Below, in pieces: positions 11,367-24,861 of a stretch of DNA of 64,000 bases. Made by a program: the position numbers and the translations under genes. The stretch spans positions 2,604,001-2,668,000 of the forward strand of contig OZ024750.1 in NCBI GenBank assembly GCA_964016885.1. Reading direction: 5' to 3'. The notes under the pieces were generated by a model, which made no database searches, was not told the DNA's origin, and was given only the letters and a program-made list of their open reading frames with translations. Every line of letters starts with the position of its first letter. Position 1 is the stretch's first letter. This DNA comes from Eledone cirrhosa. Taxonomy: Eukaryota.

Positions 11367-13060
11367 TGTGTAGAATATATATATAATGTGTGTAGAATAT
11401 ATATAATGTGTGTAGAATATATATAATGTGTGTAGAATATATATATAATGTGTGTAGAATATATATATAATGTGTGTAGAATATATATAATGTGTGTAGA
11501 ATATATATAATTGTTTCTACTTTTGGCACAAGGCCAGCAATTATCCAGTACATTACTGGTACTTTATTTTATCGACCCCATAAGGATGAAAGGCAAAGTT
11601 AACCTCGGCGGGATTTGAACTCAGATCATAAAGGGAGATAACTCTATACTTCAAAGCATGGCGCCCGACCCTCTACCGATACTGGCAATCCACTGCCCTA
11701 GAATATATATAATGTGTGTAGAATATATATAATGTGTGTAGAATATATATAATGTGTGTAGAATATATATAATGTGTGTAGAATATATATAATATGTGTA
11801 GAATATATATAATGTGTGTAGAATATATATAATGTGTGTAGAATATATATAATGTGTGTAGAATATATATAATGTGTGTAGAATATGTATAATGTGTGTA
11901 GAATATATATAATATGTGTAGAATATATATAATGTGTGTAGAATATATATAATGTGTGTAGAATATGTATAATGTGTGTAGAATATATATAATGTGTGTA
12001 GAATATATATAATGTGTGTAGAATATGTATAATGTGTGTAGAATATATATAATGTGTGTAGAATATATATAATGTGTGTAGAATATATATAATGTGTGTA
12101 GAATATATATAATGTGTGTAGAATATATATAATGTGTGTAGAATATATATAATGTGTGTAGAATATGTATAATGTGTGTAGAATATATATAATGTGTGTA
12201 GAATATATATAATGTGTGTAGAATATGTATAATGTGTGTAGAATATATATAATGTGTGTAGAATATATATAATGTGTGTAGAATATATATAATGTGTGTA
12301 GAATATATATATAATGTGTGTAGAATATATATAATGTGTGTAGAATATATATAATGTGTGTAGAATATATATAATGTGTGTAGAATATATATAATGTGTG
12401 TAGAATATATATAATGTGTGTAGAATATATATAATGTGTGTAGAATATGTATAATGTGTGTAGAATATATATAATGTGTGTAGAATATGTATAATGTGTG
12501 TAGAATATATATAATGTGTGTAGAATATGTATAATGTGTGTAGAATATATATAATGTGTGTAGAATATATATAATGTGTGTAGAATATATATAATGTGTG
12601 TAGAATATATATAATGTGTGTAGAATATATATAATGTGTGTAGAATATATATATAATGTGTGTAGAATATATATAATGTGTGTAGAATATATATAATGTG
12701 TGTAGAATATATATAATGTGTGTAGAATATATATAATGTGTGTAGAATATATATAATGTGTGTAGAATATATATATAATGTGTGTAGAATATATATAATG
12801 TGTGTAGAATATATATAATGTGTGTAGAATATGTATAATGTGTGTAGAATATATATAATGTGTGTAGAATATATATAATGTGTGTAGAATATATATATAA
12901 TGTGTGTAGAATATATATAATGTGTGTAGAATATATATAATGTGTGTAGAATATATATATAATGTGTGTAGAATATATATAATGCGTGTAGAATATGTAT
13001 AATGTGTGTAGAATATGTATAATGTGTGTAGAATATGTATAATGTGTGTAGAATATGTAT
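11367..13060. repeat. 20/22-bp satellite (GTGTGTAGAATATATATAAT)n interrupted by a family A SINE
   Basis: About 1.5 kb of tandem units; SINE at 11509-11698. Confidence 0.95.
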
Positions 13061-13095
13061 GCAGTGGGATATAATGATATGTATGCAGCAGTTGT

Positions 13096-13509
13096 TTAAC
13101 CCTTTAACATTTAAACCAGCCGTATCCAGTCAGAACTCTCTCACCTGTTTCTGTTCAAACCGGCCATAACCAGCCACTCATACTGATGTTAAGGTATTGT
13201 TCTCAAAATAAATAATTGTTTCTACTTTTGGCACAAGGCCAGCAATTACCCAGTGCATTACTGGTACTTTATTTTATCGACCCCGTAAGGATGAAAGGCA
13301 AAGTTAACCTAGGCGGGATTTGAACTCAGAATGGCAAGGGCCGTAACTCTATGCATCAAAGCATGGCATCCAACCCTCTACCGATACTGCCAATTCACCG
13401 TTCTCAAAATAAATAATATCAAAATCTCACAGATTTGATATTATGTGAGGTAAAGCCTTTACTGTGAAAATATAGTAAATATAGAGCAATGTAAAGGGTA
13501 AAGGGTTGA
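13096..13509. mobile_element. piggyBac-type MITE (family B) with a nested SINE
   Basis: TTAA-CCCTTT...AAAGGG termini. The SINE at 13217-13400 is flanked by the duplication TTCTCAAAATAAATAAT (13200-13216, 13401-13417). Confidence 0.85.
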
Positions 13510-13559
13510 TCCCTTTAATCCCTTTGAATATTATTCAAGAATTTTTTTATCATTCCAGC

Positions 13560-14160
13560 ATATCATCATCATCATCAATACTACTACCACTACTACTGCT
13601 GTCACTGACACCACCCCCAACACCAACACCACCATCACCACCACCACCAACACCACCATCACCATCAACACCACCAACACCAACACCCCCAACAACACCA
13701 CCATCACCACCACCAACACCAACACCAACACCACCACCAACACCCCCAACAACACCACCATCAACACCACCACCACCATCACCACCATCATCACCACCAC
13801 CATCACCACCACCAACACCACCACCACCACCACCCCCAACAACACCACCACCACCCCCAACAACACCACCATCAACACCACCACCACCAACACCACCACC
13901 AACACCACCACTACCAACACCACCCCCACCCCCAACAACACCACCATCAACACCCCCACCACCATCACCACCACCAACACCACCACCACCACCCCCAACA
14001 ACACCACCATCAACACCACCACCACCAACACCCCCAACAACACCACCATCAACACCACCACCACCACCAACACCACCACTACCCCCAACAACACCACCAT
14101 CAACACCACCACCACCACCACCACCACCACCACCACCACCAACACCACCATCATCATCAC
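13560..14160. repeat. Degenerate (CCA/ACA/TCA)n tract with higher-order repeats
   Basis: Visible directly; gives Pro/Thr and Val ORFs on both strands. Confidence 0.9.
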
Positions 14161-14741
14161 TATGGCCATTGTTGTTATTAGTTTCAAAGTGATAATGTTA
14201 ATGGTATGACAAAGAAGACAACATTATTGGTGATGTCAACACTAATGAGTCCTGATAATGAACAGCAAATGGAAGATAATTAAATATTTATTGTATATAA
14301 CTCATAAATAGATTAATGTCACATAACCCCAAATTACGCTGACTACTCATGTTTAATTCCATGATGGAATGGTGCCGCATCTTGCCAGGGAGTTGTAGAG
14401 GCACTGGTATATGGCATGTCTTGGACACTTTTAAAGCCTGGAGGAGCTTATCCCTCTCAAAGCCTGAGTACAGCAATTTCTTCCAGAGAAAGATAGAGAG
14501 AGAAGAAGTGAGAAAGAGATATAGAAGAACAATCGACCCCAGTACTAGACTGGTACTTTTTTTATTGACTTCGAATGAAAGGCAAAGCTGACCTCGGCAG
14601 GATTTGAACTCAAAGAGCTGAAACGAATACCACAAAACATTCGAACTAATATTCTAACGACTCTGTCAATTCACCCTTAAATTTACACCAATGTAAATTT
14701 TGTCTTCATGTGGTGTATCTGAAGTAAACCAGATTAAGGAA

Positions 14742-14985
14742 TTAACCCTTTAGCATTTACATTACTCTATATATACTATTGTATTTTAGTAGTAAAAGCT
14801 TTATTTCATATAATATCACACATAATATCGAATCTATGAGATTTTGATATTATTTATGTTGAGAACAATACCTAAAAACCTGTATGAGTTCCCAGTTGAG
14901 AACGAGGTGAGAAAATTCTGGCCGGATATGGCCGGTTTAAATGCTAAAGGGTTAAATGCTAAAGGGTTAAATGCTAAAGGGTTAA
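14742..14985. mobile_element. piggyBac-type MITE (family B) with triplicated terminal 15-mer
   Basis: TTAACCCTTTAGCATTTA...(ATGCTAAAGGGTTAA)x3. Confidence 0.85.
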
Positions 14986-15367
14986 GCTACATTTTTGTGT
15001 AATTTCTAATTTCAAATTCTACTTGGGTTAACTTTTTGTTTCATTCCCCTGGTGTTAGCAAAAAGTAAAAAGAATACATATCAGTTACAGGATTCATACA
15101 GCAATAATCTTTTAGCACAATCTGTGGCCTTCTACCAATATAAGAAATCAATTTTACAATATAGTACCAAATACCAAATTACAGTTATCACTGAGTTGGT
15201 AACAGGATGTGAAATGTTGAACTTTTGCCTCATAGACTGATATCCTATCAATTTAGCAACTCTTAAAATAACATTGATCAGTCACACAGGAACCAAACTA
15301 CACATCTCTTGCTGGCCAGATAAACATGTTAACCATTCTATATATAATAGAGCTAAGTGTTTTATAT

Positions 15368-15450
<83 letters not shown>

Positions 15451-15453
<3 letters not shown>

Positions 15454-15639
15454 TATAGAAAAGGCTTCTACAGGACTAGAACTGTTTCATTCGGTAGAAA
15501 TCATCAGAAAGCCCTGATGATTTCTCCCGAATGAAACAGTTCTAGTCCTGTAGAAGTCTTTTCTATATTATATATTTATACTCTGTTTATATTGAGTACC
15601 TTACTTACTGTGGTTACCCCAGATAGAACCCGGGATATA

Positions 15640-15640
<1 letters not shown>
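15451..15640 (+). mobile_element. Fold-back element in (TA)n with hammerhead-like CTGATGA...GAAAC boxes (family F1)
   Basis: Arms 15451-15507 and 15514-15570 with a 6-bp spacer; ATTGAGTACC at 15591-15600; other copies at 7530-7658 and 18764-18877. Confidence 0.75.
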
Positions 15641-15701
<61 letters not shown>

Positions 15702-16664
15702 CATATATATATATATGTATATACATATATATATATATGTATATAAATATATAAGAATGACTTTTAATTTATATTTATACAAAAATAAAAAAAATACCAT
15801 TTGAGGGAACAAAGAAAAAAGGAAATGAAAAGAAGAAAAATAAAAAAGAATTAAGCAATGAAAGAAAGGGAGAGGGGACAGACGCTACAGCCCAGTCTGA
15901 GCAGTGTTTCAGCTGCACTCTGTAGACATTACTATGGAGAATGACCAGAGACTCTGTAACAGCCACACCTCACAAGGATCCTTCCTTCAAGTGAGAATTG
16001 AAACTGAGTTGAAAGTTGAGCTTGTTGGAGGCTTACTGCTATTTCCTGACATTAACCACCATATTTAGACACAAGGCCAACAATTTTGGGGGAGAGGAAA
16101 GTTGACTAAATCAATCCCAGTGCGTTACTGGTACTTTATGTTATCAACCCCGTAAAGATGAAAGGCCAAGCTAACCTCAGCATGATTTGAACATGGATTG
16201 TAAACGACCATAACTCTATGCCACAGAGCATGTTGTCCGATGCTTCACCAATTATGGCCAATCTACTGCCCTGACACTCACTACTATATTAATAGAAATA
16301 TTCAAAGATCTTCCATTCATCAGATAACATACTCTGTCTGGACTGAGCTAATTATACTCAATCTTTCAGTTTCCATTAGCAATTGATAAACTACATTTAG
16401 CTATTGATAAGTTAAAGACAGTGCAAAAGCAAATATCTAAATATTTAATAATTGCTGGTCTGAAAACAGAAGAATTCTCCTTTAGGATTTATTTATTATA
16501 AAGAGATCTCAGATACTTTTAGACCCATATATCTTCATCAGTCTAGGTTGGAAATAATTTTCCCATTCATTGTCTCAATCAGATAAAGTATCTCCCTACA
16601 TGTTAAATATAATTTAAAGAATAAATGCAGAATTAAGACAACCAATAAACTTAGGAATTTTTTC

Positions 16665-17012
16665 TTAACTCTTTTACATTTAGATTACTCTATATTTACT
16701 ATTGTATTTTTCCCAGTAAAGTCTTTACCTCACATAATTATCTCACATAATATCGAATCTGTGAGATTTTAAATTTTAAAATAATATAATAATGAAATTA
16801 TTGTGTACAGTGCTCAGGTGCACTACAAAGTTGCATGTATAGTACATAGAATAATGTAAAAATGTCAGGAAAGTGAACAGTGTATGAGTCATGATATACA
16901 TGTGTGCATGTGTTTGAGAACAATACCTTAACATCAGTATGAGTGGCCAGTTACAGCCAGTTTGAACAAAGAGGTGAGAGAATTATGGCCGGTTTAAATG
17001 CTAAACGGTTAA
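16665..17012. mobile_element. piggyBac-type MITE (family B) interrupted by a CR1-like LINE tail
   Basis: TTAA termini; the insert at ~16780-16910 matches 46205-46340. Confidence 0.75.
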
Positions 17013-17750
17013 TCATTTTAAACGCAACTGTGATTTCTGATGAGGTCAAATAGGTGAGAACAAACTAAACTGTCGATTGAATTCAGAATAGTATAATGAA
17101 AAGTATAATACAAGGGTCGACTAAAAAGTTCATTGGTTGACCAAGGTACTCATACTCAATGATACAATAACCAGAGTTGATAAAATAAAGTACCAGTAAA
17201 ATTCTGGGGTTCACTAAAATCAACTTTCTTCACAAATTGCTGGCCTTGTGCCTAGATTAGAAATCATTAGTATTATAATTAGTGTCTGTATGAGTGTATG
17301 TGAGAGTGGAATACTGTTTATGTATGTATATATCTGTGTGAGAGTGGGGTACTGTTTGTGTGTGTATGCGTGTGTATATGAATGTGTCTGTGTGAGTGCG
17401 TGTGAGAGTGGGGTGGTGTGTGTGTGTATGAATGTATGTGTGTATGTATATGTGTATATGTATGTGTCTGTGTATGTATGTATGTAAAATGTATGTGAGC
17501 ATGTGTGTGTGAATGTATGTGTATGTATGTATGTATGTGTATGTGTGTGTGTGCTTTCCATAAGCTTATATTGATTCCTAGTTAAAAGTGTTTCACTTTA
17601 CATTGCCAGCAGTTTCAGGAAAGGCATGAATGCCTCCACACTTTTCTCTCATCAATAACTTCAATATTGACCATAGTTCCGATGGTAAAAAGTCAAGTAG
17701 GGAAGCAGATATTTGATGTTGGACTCTTTCGCTTATTGCTGCCTCTGACA

Positions 17751-18117
17751 CATCACCACCACCACCACCACCACCACCACCACCACCACCACCGCCACCA
17801 CCACCACCATCATTATCACCACCACCATCATTATCACCACCACCACCATCATTATCACCACCACCACCACCACCATCACCACCACCACCGCCATCATTAT
17901 CACCACCACCACCATCATTATCATCATCACCACCATCATCACCACCACCATCATCATCACCACCACCACCACCACCACCACCATCACCACCACCACCACC
18001 ACCACCATCATTATCATCACCACCACCATCATCATCATCACCACCACCACCACCACCATCATCATCATCACCACCACCACCACCACCACCACCACCACTA
18101 CCACCATCATCATCACC

Positions 18118-18151
<34 letters not shown>

Positions 18152-18500
18152 TCATCACCACCACCACCACCACCATCATCACCATCACCATCACCACCAC
18201 CACCACCATCATCACCATCATCACCATCACCACCACCACCATCATTATCATCATCACCACCATCATCATCATCACCACCACCACCACCATCATCACCACC
18301 ACCACCACCACCACCACCACCACCACCATCACCATCATCATCATCATCACCACCACCACCACCACCACCACCATCATCACCACCACCACCACCACCACCA
18401 CCACCACCACCACCACCACCACCACCACCATCATCACCACCACCACCACCACCACCACCACCACCACCATCACCATCATCACCATCACCACCACTACCAT
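17751..18500. repeat. ~750-bp (CAC/CAT)n trinucleotide array
   Basis: Visible directly; ends in CATTTAAC...TGCTAGCA, like an RTE tail remnant. Confidence 0.95.
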
Positions 18501-18989
18501 TTAACAGCTGCTAGCAATAAATATATTAAATATATATACATATACATATATATATATGTGTGTGTGTATGTGTGCAGATGTATGTTTGGCTATGTGTATG
18601 TAAGTAGGCATGTGTATATGTGTATATATGTATATTTGGCTATGTGTGTGTGTGTGTGTGTTTCTTTATGTCTATGTAAGTAGGTATGTGTGTATATGTA
18701 TATATATATTATTGTGTGTATATATATATACACACACACATAAACAAAGACAAACACATAGCCAAATGAAACAGTTCTAGTCCTGTAGAAGCCATTTCTA
18801 TATTAAAAACTGTATATACTCTACCATGTATTGAGTTCCTTACTTACTGTGGTTACCCCACCCCAAACCGGGATACACAGACACACACACACATATATAT
18901 ACATATATACATATATATACACACATATATATATATACACACACACATATATATACATATATACACATATATACATATATATATATATG

Positions 18990-19049
<60 letters not shown>

Positions 19050-19283
19050 AGCTGCCATCAATCTCCTGTTGATCTATGTTCACTCTATCTCTCTTCTTCC
19101 TTGTCTTCCTCTTGGCCTATATTTCCCCATCCTATTTCCATCCCAACACCCCCTCCATTTCCCCACCTTTCCACACACTAACATACTATCTCACCTGGTA
19201 GCCTATTAAAACTCAATAAATACATCCTTTATATTTACTAGATGTATTCACCACTTCATAGTCACTAATATATATATATTATA

Positions 19284-19321
<38 letters not shown>

Positions 19322-19324
<3 letters not shown>

Positions 19325-19510
19325 GACGTTATATTTAATTTGTTGGGATACAACAAGCAAAATATTTTTATAACTGATATAAAGCACTCAACAAATTATT
19401 GGAGTAAAAACACAATATATTAACAAATGGAAACTATATTTATAAAACCATATTTATTTCATGAAATAAATATGGTTTTATAAATATAGTTTTTATTTGT
19501 TAATATATTG
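19322..19510 (-). mobile_element. Fold-back element in (TA)n with a spacerless 98-bp palindrome (family F5)
   Basis: Palindrome 19413-19510 centred on 19461/19462 (2 mismatches; inner 62 bp perfect); GTTGAGTGCTT on the minus strand at 19382-19392. Confidence 0.65.
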
Positions 19511-19536
19511 TATATATATATATATGCACTTCATAG

Positions 19537-19582
<46 letters not shown>

Positions 19583-19598
19583 CACTTCATAGTCACTA

Positions 19599-19690
<92 letters not shown>

Positions 19691-19693
<3 letters not shown>

Positions 19694-20407
19694 CGGCAAA
19701 GCATAAATGAACTAAGTGAGAAATTAGGAATAAGAGGGATCAGATGCTGTTTACTCGAGAGAAGACTACGTTGGTATGGCCACGTGATGCGCATGAAAGA
19801 TGACAGCTGTATAAAAAAGTGCAGGGCGATCAAAATTGATGGTAGTTACGGAGTAGGCAGACCCAGAAAAACCTGGGACGATCTGATAAATTCCGACCTT
19901 ACACACTTGCACCTCTTTACGACAATGTCACTGGACTGAGATCTTTGGCGCTACACAGTAATACAGAAGACCCGCCTTGCCTATGTACAAAGGGAAACCT
20001 ACAGTCAGTAGGCACCTCTTAACCAAATATACACCCCAATCCACTACCCCTACCCTATCCTCCCACTCCCACCAACACCACCCCCTCTCTATAAAGTTGG
20101 TACCACAACATCCAGTCCAAATAAATGAGATAAATGAGATCGAGATTGTGTAGGTGTCACGAGAAAAACACAGTCCACGCTGTAATGTGGTCATGTAGAT
20201 AACACGGTAAAAAGTTCCCAGTTCCACACTGTAAATGTGGTTGGTGTTAGGAAGGGCATCCAGCCGTAGAAAACCTGCCAGATAGTCCTATATGAGTGAG
20301 ACATGGTCACCCGACCAACCTTGCCTCAAGTGGGACAACTCCCATCTAACCCATGCTAGCGTGGAAAATGGACGTTAAACGAGGATGATGATGATGATGA
20401 TGATGAT
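19691..20407 (+). mobile_element. 5'-truncated RTE-clade LINE (ORF C-terminus, 3' UTR, (GAT)n tail)
   Basis: [29 protein letters not shown]...GRPRKTWDD is the canonical RTE C-terminal signature; terminal CCATGCTAGC(G/A)TGG hairpin and GATGATGAT tail. Confidence 0.9.
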
Positions 20408-20490
20408 ATATGCACTTCATAGTCACTATATATATCAGCACTTCATAGTCACTATATATATATATATATATATATATCAGCACTTCATAG

Positions 20491-20540
<50 letters not shown>

Positions 20541-21126
20541 CTTGGTAGATTTATCTACATATATATATATATATATATATATCACCACTTCATAGTCACT
20601 ATATATATATATATATATCTCAGTAGCCTTCTTACTTAACTTTCAACCAACATTTTTCTTGTGTGTTAATCTAACATATATAAAACATTACAAAATGCTA
20701 ATTAACAAAATTAAAATTTTAAAAAGCAAACAAACTGAGCAATAAAATAAACATAAACATAAATACAAATAATTGAATACAAATAAATGAATAAATAAGG
20801 GTAAGATACCTCCATAAATGGCAAACAAACAGCTTTAGTTGCAAAGCCTGAATCACAAGGTGAGAATTAACTGCAGGGTTTCTAGGATAGTAACCTACCC
20901 CCACTCTTCAGGAAGAAGCAGCCTTTTAGATATATCGTTGTCAGAATCACTTTACTGACTAATCAACATCACTATTAGGAAATTAAATTAAATTAAATAA
21001 ATACATTTTAACTATGTAATAGGTATCATATTTCCACTAGAGCTATGTGGTTAGGTGACAACTGTGAAAATAGCTATATACTCTGTATTTTAAGAGACCA
21101 ATTGTGGAAATACATACATACATACA

Positions 21127-21160
<34 letters not shown>

Positions 21161-21178
21161 CATATATACATACATACA

Positions 21179-21213
<35 letters not shown>

Positions 21214-21216
21214 ATA

Positions 21217-21250
<34 letters not shown>

Positions 21251-21273
21251 CACATATGACTATATATATATAT

Positions 21274-21304
<31 letters not shown>

Positions 21305-21313
21305 CATATATAT

Positions 21314-21358
<45 letters not shown>

Positions 21359-21435
21359 TATATATATACACATATATATATATATACACATATATATATA
21401 TACACATATATATATATGCACACACATATATATAT

Positions 21436-21478
<43 letters not shown>

Positions 21479-24400
21479 CTTACATACATATTTAAAAACA
21501 ACCAACACAAACCATCCCCCAAAATTAAAACTTTAAAGAATGTTGCCAGTTTGGCTTTGTTTTTTTTTTAAAATGGATATTTACCTCCATTCCTGCACCA
21601 GCCACAGAGCAATTAATGAAGGAAAGAAAAAGAGAGAGAAAATATTTATTCCTAGAAATTATTCCCAGAAATTATTTGATAGCTAAAACACCTCTCCTTG
21701 CTTTGTAACCTCATTATTTCAGAACTAAAAACATATGTTTTTTATCTGTGTAGTATCCACATTATTCACCTGAATTCAAACTGGCAAATTTCCAGTTTTC
21801 ACTCGTAATTCATATCTTGCACCAAAAATTAAAATTTATTAATCCTACCTCCAGCAGTTTCTAATCCAAAACGAAAATATTTTACTTCAGAGTTTTATTA
21901 TTCTGAAAGTCAATTTTTAATTGTGTCGTTATTCAGTTTTCAGTCAAAACATTCTCCTTGTAAATCATAGACCCTGTTAATTACCAAAAGTTAAATACCT
22001 ATGTTTCACTGTATTACACTAATTTCTCAGAAACATACTGATGTTAACTGAGACCAAAGCCAATATAGGGGACTGAGTCAACCTCACCTCAGGATACTCT
22101 TCCTAATACCATCCACTATACAGATTAAGAGGATCAGCTGAAAAGTTTAAAGACCGACCAAGATACTCTCATGGAATGACAAAATGAATAGTAAATATTT
22201 AAAAGCATACCAACAATGTTTGGTAAAAGTTTGTTACTGGTTCGTTATCCCATTTAGCCTCCTGTTTTGTTTTGTTTTTTATACGGGTTCTTTGCATATC
22301 TCCTTTGAAAAACTTTGGGGGGGGGGGGGGGGGGTAGCATATGTTGAAAAACCTTTTCAATACTCAAAATCCTATATCATCCACCAAAATTTCCAATCAC
22401 CCACCATTTTCTGTTCAGTTGTTCATCACCCACCCAACAGTGACGACCAGTGGGTGATATCACCCAGGTTGGGAAACCCTGCTCTTGTTCAACCACTTTG
22501 AAATATAATCACAAAAACATGGCTAACTATTATATCCAGTAACATTATTTTCAGGAAGAAAAACCTCTGAAGCAAGTAGAATAAAATACTTTGCCCCAGA
22601 ATTCAAAACAATGAATGGTTACAGATTAAATGTTCAGTGCTTTAACTTCTCAATCACTGGGGTTTTCCAACACTTATCAATATCTCAGTTTCTATATGAT
22701 CTAATTACTGACTGCAAATCATTTTAGGAATAACCATGTAACATTTAAATGACTTTAAGCTTTTGGCTTCTAAAATGTTAAACCGTTGCCCTTAAAGAGC
22801 TCTCCATTAATTATTAATGACAACTAATTCATCTTGATTTAGTTTTCTCTTAACAGCTTCTAGTATTTCTTTCTCGGGCTAAATTATTAATTTCTTTCGA
22901 CAAGGCATAAGGTCACTTTCGTTGTTAAGCAATAGAGTTGAATAAATTAACTCCAAAATATTACTGGTACTTATTTTACTGATTCATACCAGAAGGATGA
23001 AACATGTTAATCTTAACACTTGTGGAACACAAAATCCTATCCTATCCTCAGTCGTCCAGTGGAATGCTCCACAGATTCCACACATTGCTTCCATTCACCA
23101 TGGTCATTCATAATGGTCTTGAACTCCTCTACTGTCTCCATCTCTGTGTCTTCTAGCAGAATGTCTGACACTCACTCTGGAACACAAAGCAGGAAACTAA
23201 AAGCCCCAAATTTCTTTTCCTGTATTCTTTTGCCATGTAAATGTGGTTGGTGATAGGAAGGGTATCCAGCTATAGAAACCAAGTCAGAAATAGTTCTGTA
23301 TGAGCAAGACACAGTCATCTGACCTGACATGACTCACAATAGGACAACTCGTCTAACCCATGCAATCATGGAAACATGGATGTTAAACAGTGATGATGAT
23401 GATGATGAATGTGACGACGATAGTGATGAATACAGTATTTTTATTCATCTTTTCTTTTTTTTGTTGTCCTCTTTTCAACATTTTCCTATCTTTGTGGATA
23501 CCAATTTCTTAATATCTCTTCATATTACTTTTAACAACATTAAGTGGTAAGAAACTCTCAGGAGAGCTGGATAGCAGAAGATCTTCAGAGAAGAACCCCA
23601 CTCAAGCAAGTGTTTTGGCCCATAACAACATTGTATTTCTAATATTTATTTTCATTTTAATCACCCTTCTCACATACTCATTAGATGTTACACAGATAAC
23701 ACTCTAGTAACTAGTTTTTAGGATATCAAAGGAAGAAATGTCCCCAAAGAATTTATGCTTATGCAGATGACATTCACTTATTAGATCTGACATTTTACAA
23801 ATTCTCTAAGCTTACAAAATATCGCTCACGTTTAGCTTTATGCTCCATCTTAATCAATTCTCCACCCTACCTTTTCCAACTTTCTGACACTTGTTATTTG
23901 TAATTATGTCACAAGTTTCTGCCCTATTACACCTGGTTTTGATATTATAGTATCAACACAGTCTAGACATTTATCATATGTCAAGATCTAATGACTTGGT
24001 CTTGTGTCAGAACTGTGATGACTTCATAGTGACATTTATAAAGTTTCGATTTTCTTCCTTTTTTTATTTCTATAAATCTTCCACAAGATAGTATTAAGCA
24101 TTATTGACTTACTCAATGAAATAAAGTACCAGTAATACACTGGGTCATTGCTGGCCTTGTGCCTAACGTAGAAACAATTATTGACTTACTCAATGAAAAT
24201 ATCTTTAGAAAGTTTTTTTTTAATATTTCAAACGTTACATTTTGAAAATTATATATGATACTTAATGAAAACATAGATAATACTTTCTGTATTCTTTCTG
24301 ACTGGATATTTTCATATAAATAGATATGTATATTGATTTATTTTGATACTATTGGAAGTTTAGAATACAATGAAATAATACTATCATGCTCTTAATATAA

Positions 24401-24861
24401 TTAACAACCATTCTAATTTCAGAATAAGTTCTTCAAGTTCTTGATGTTAAAATACTGAGGCTGTTGCAAGTGTCACTGGCCATTGTCTGCAGCAATGCAT
24501 TTGCCACTTTGTCCACGTGGCACAGCCGAAACACCACTCTGACTTAGGTGTAGAATCTGTCAACCTCTTCCCTACCCCCTTTTCTCTTGTTAACAATCCT
24601 TACCCTTTTCCCTCTTTTGTTTTTTATTTACTCCTATCAAACTTTAGGTGTTAAATGACTCAGTCTGTAGCAGCTGCTAGGAATGTGCTGAAAAGTTATT
24701 AAAAAACCAATTGTGTGGCCTACATTTGATTTCTATTTAAAAACTACTTAATTAGTATTAAACATATCTAGAAAAAAAGAAACCCAGATAGGATGGTCAT
24801 GGCCAGAACGTTATCAATCCAGCCATTTATATTCTGCATTCAAATCCCGCCTAGGTTAACC

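Noticed and set aside
13506-14192. 228-aa Pro/Thr extensin- or mucin-like ORF
   Set aside because: A trinucleotide tract open on both strands; it starts at TTG inside a MITE end and has no convincing splice sites.
17667-18683. 338-aa poly-His ORF (histidine-rich beak-protein-like?)
   Set aside because: Pure (CAC/CAT)n DNA with no Gly/Ala motifs, signal peptide or splice structure; it looks like an expanded RTE tail.
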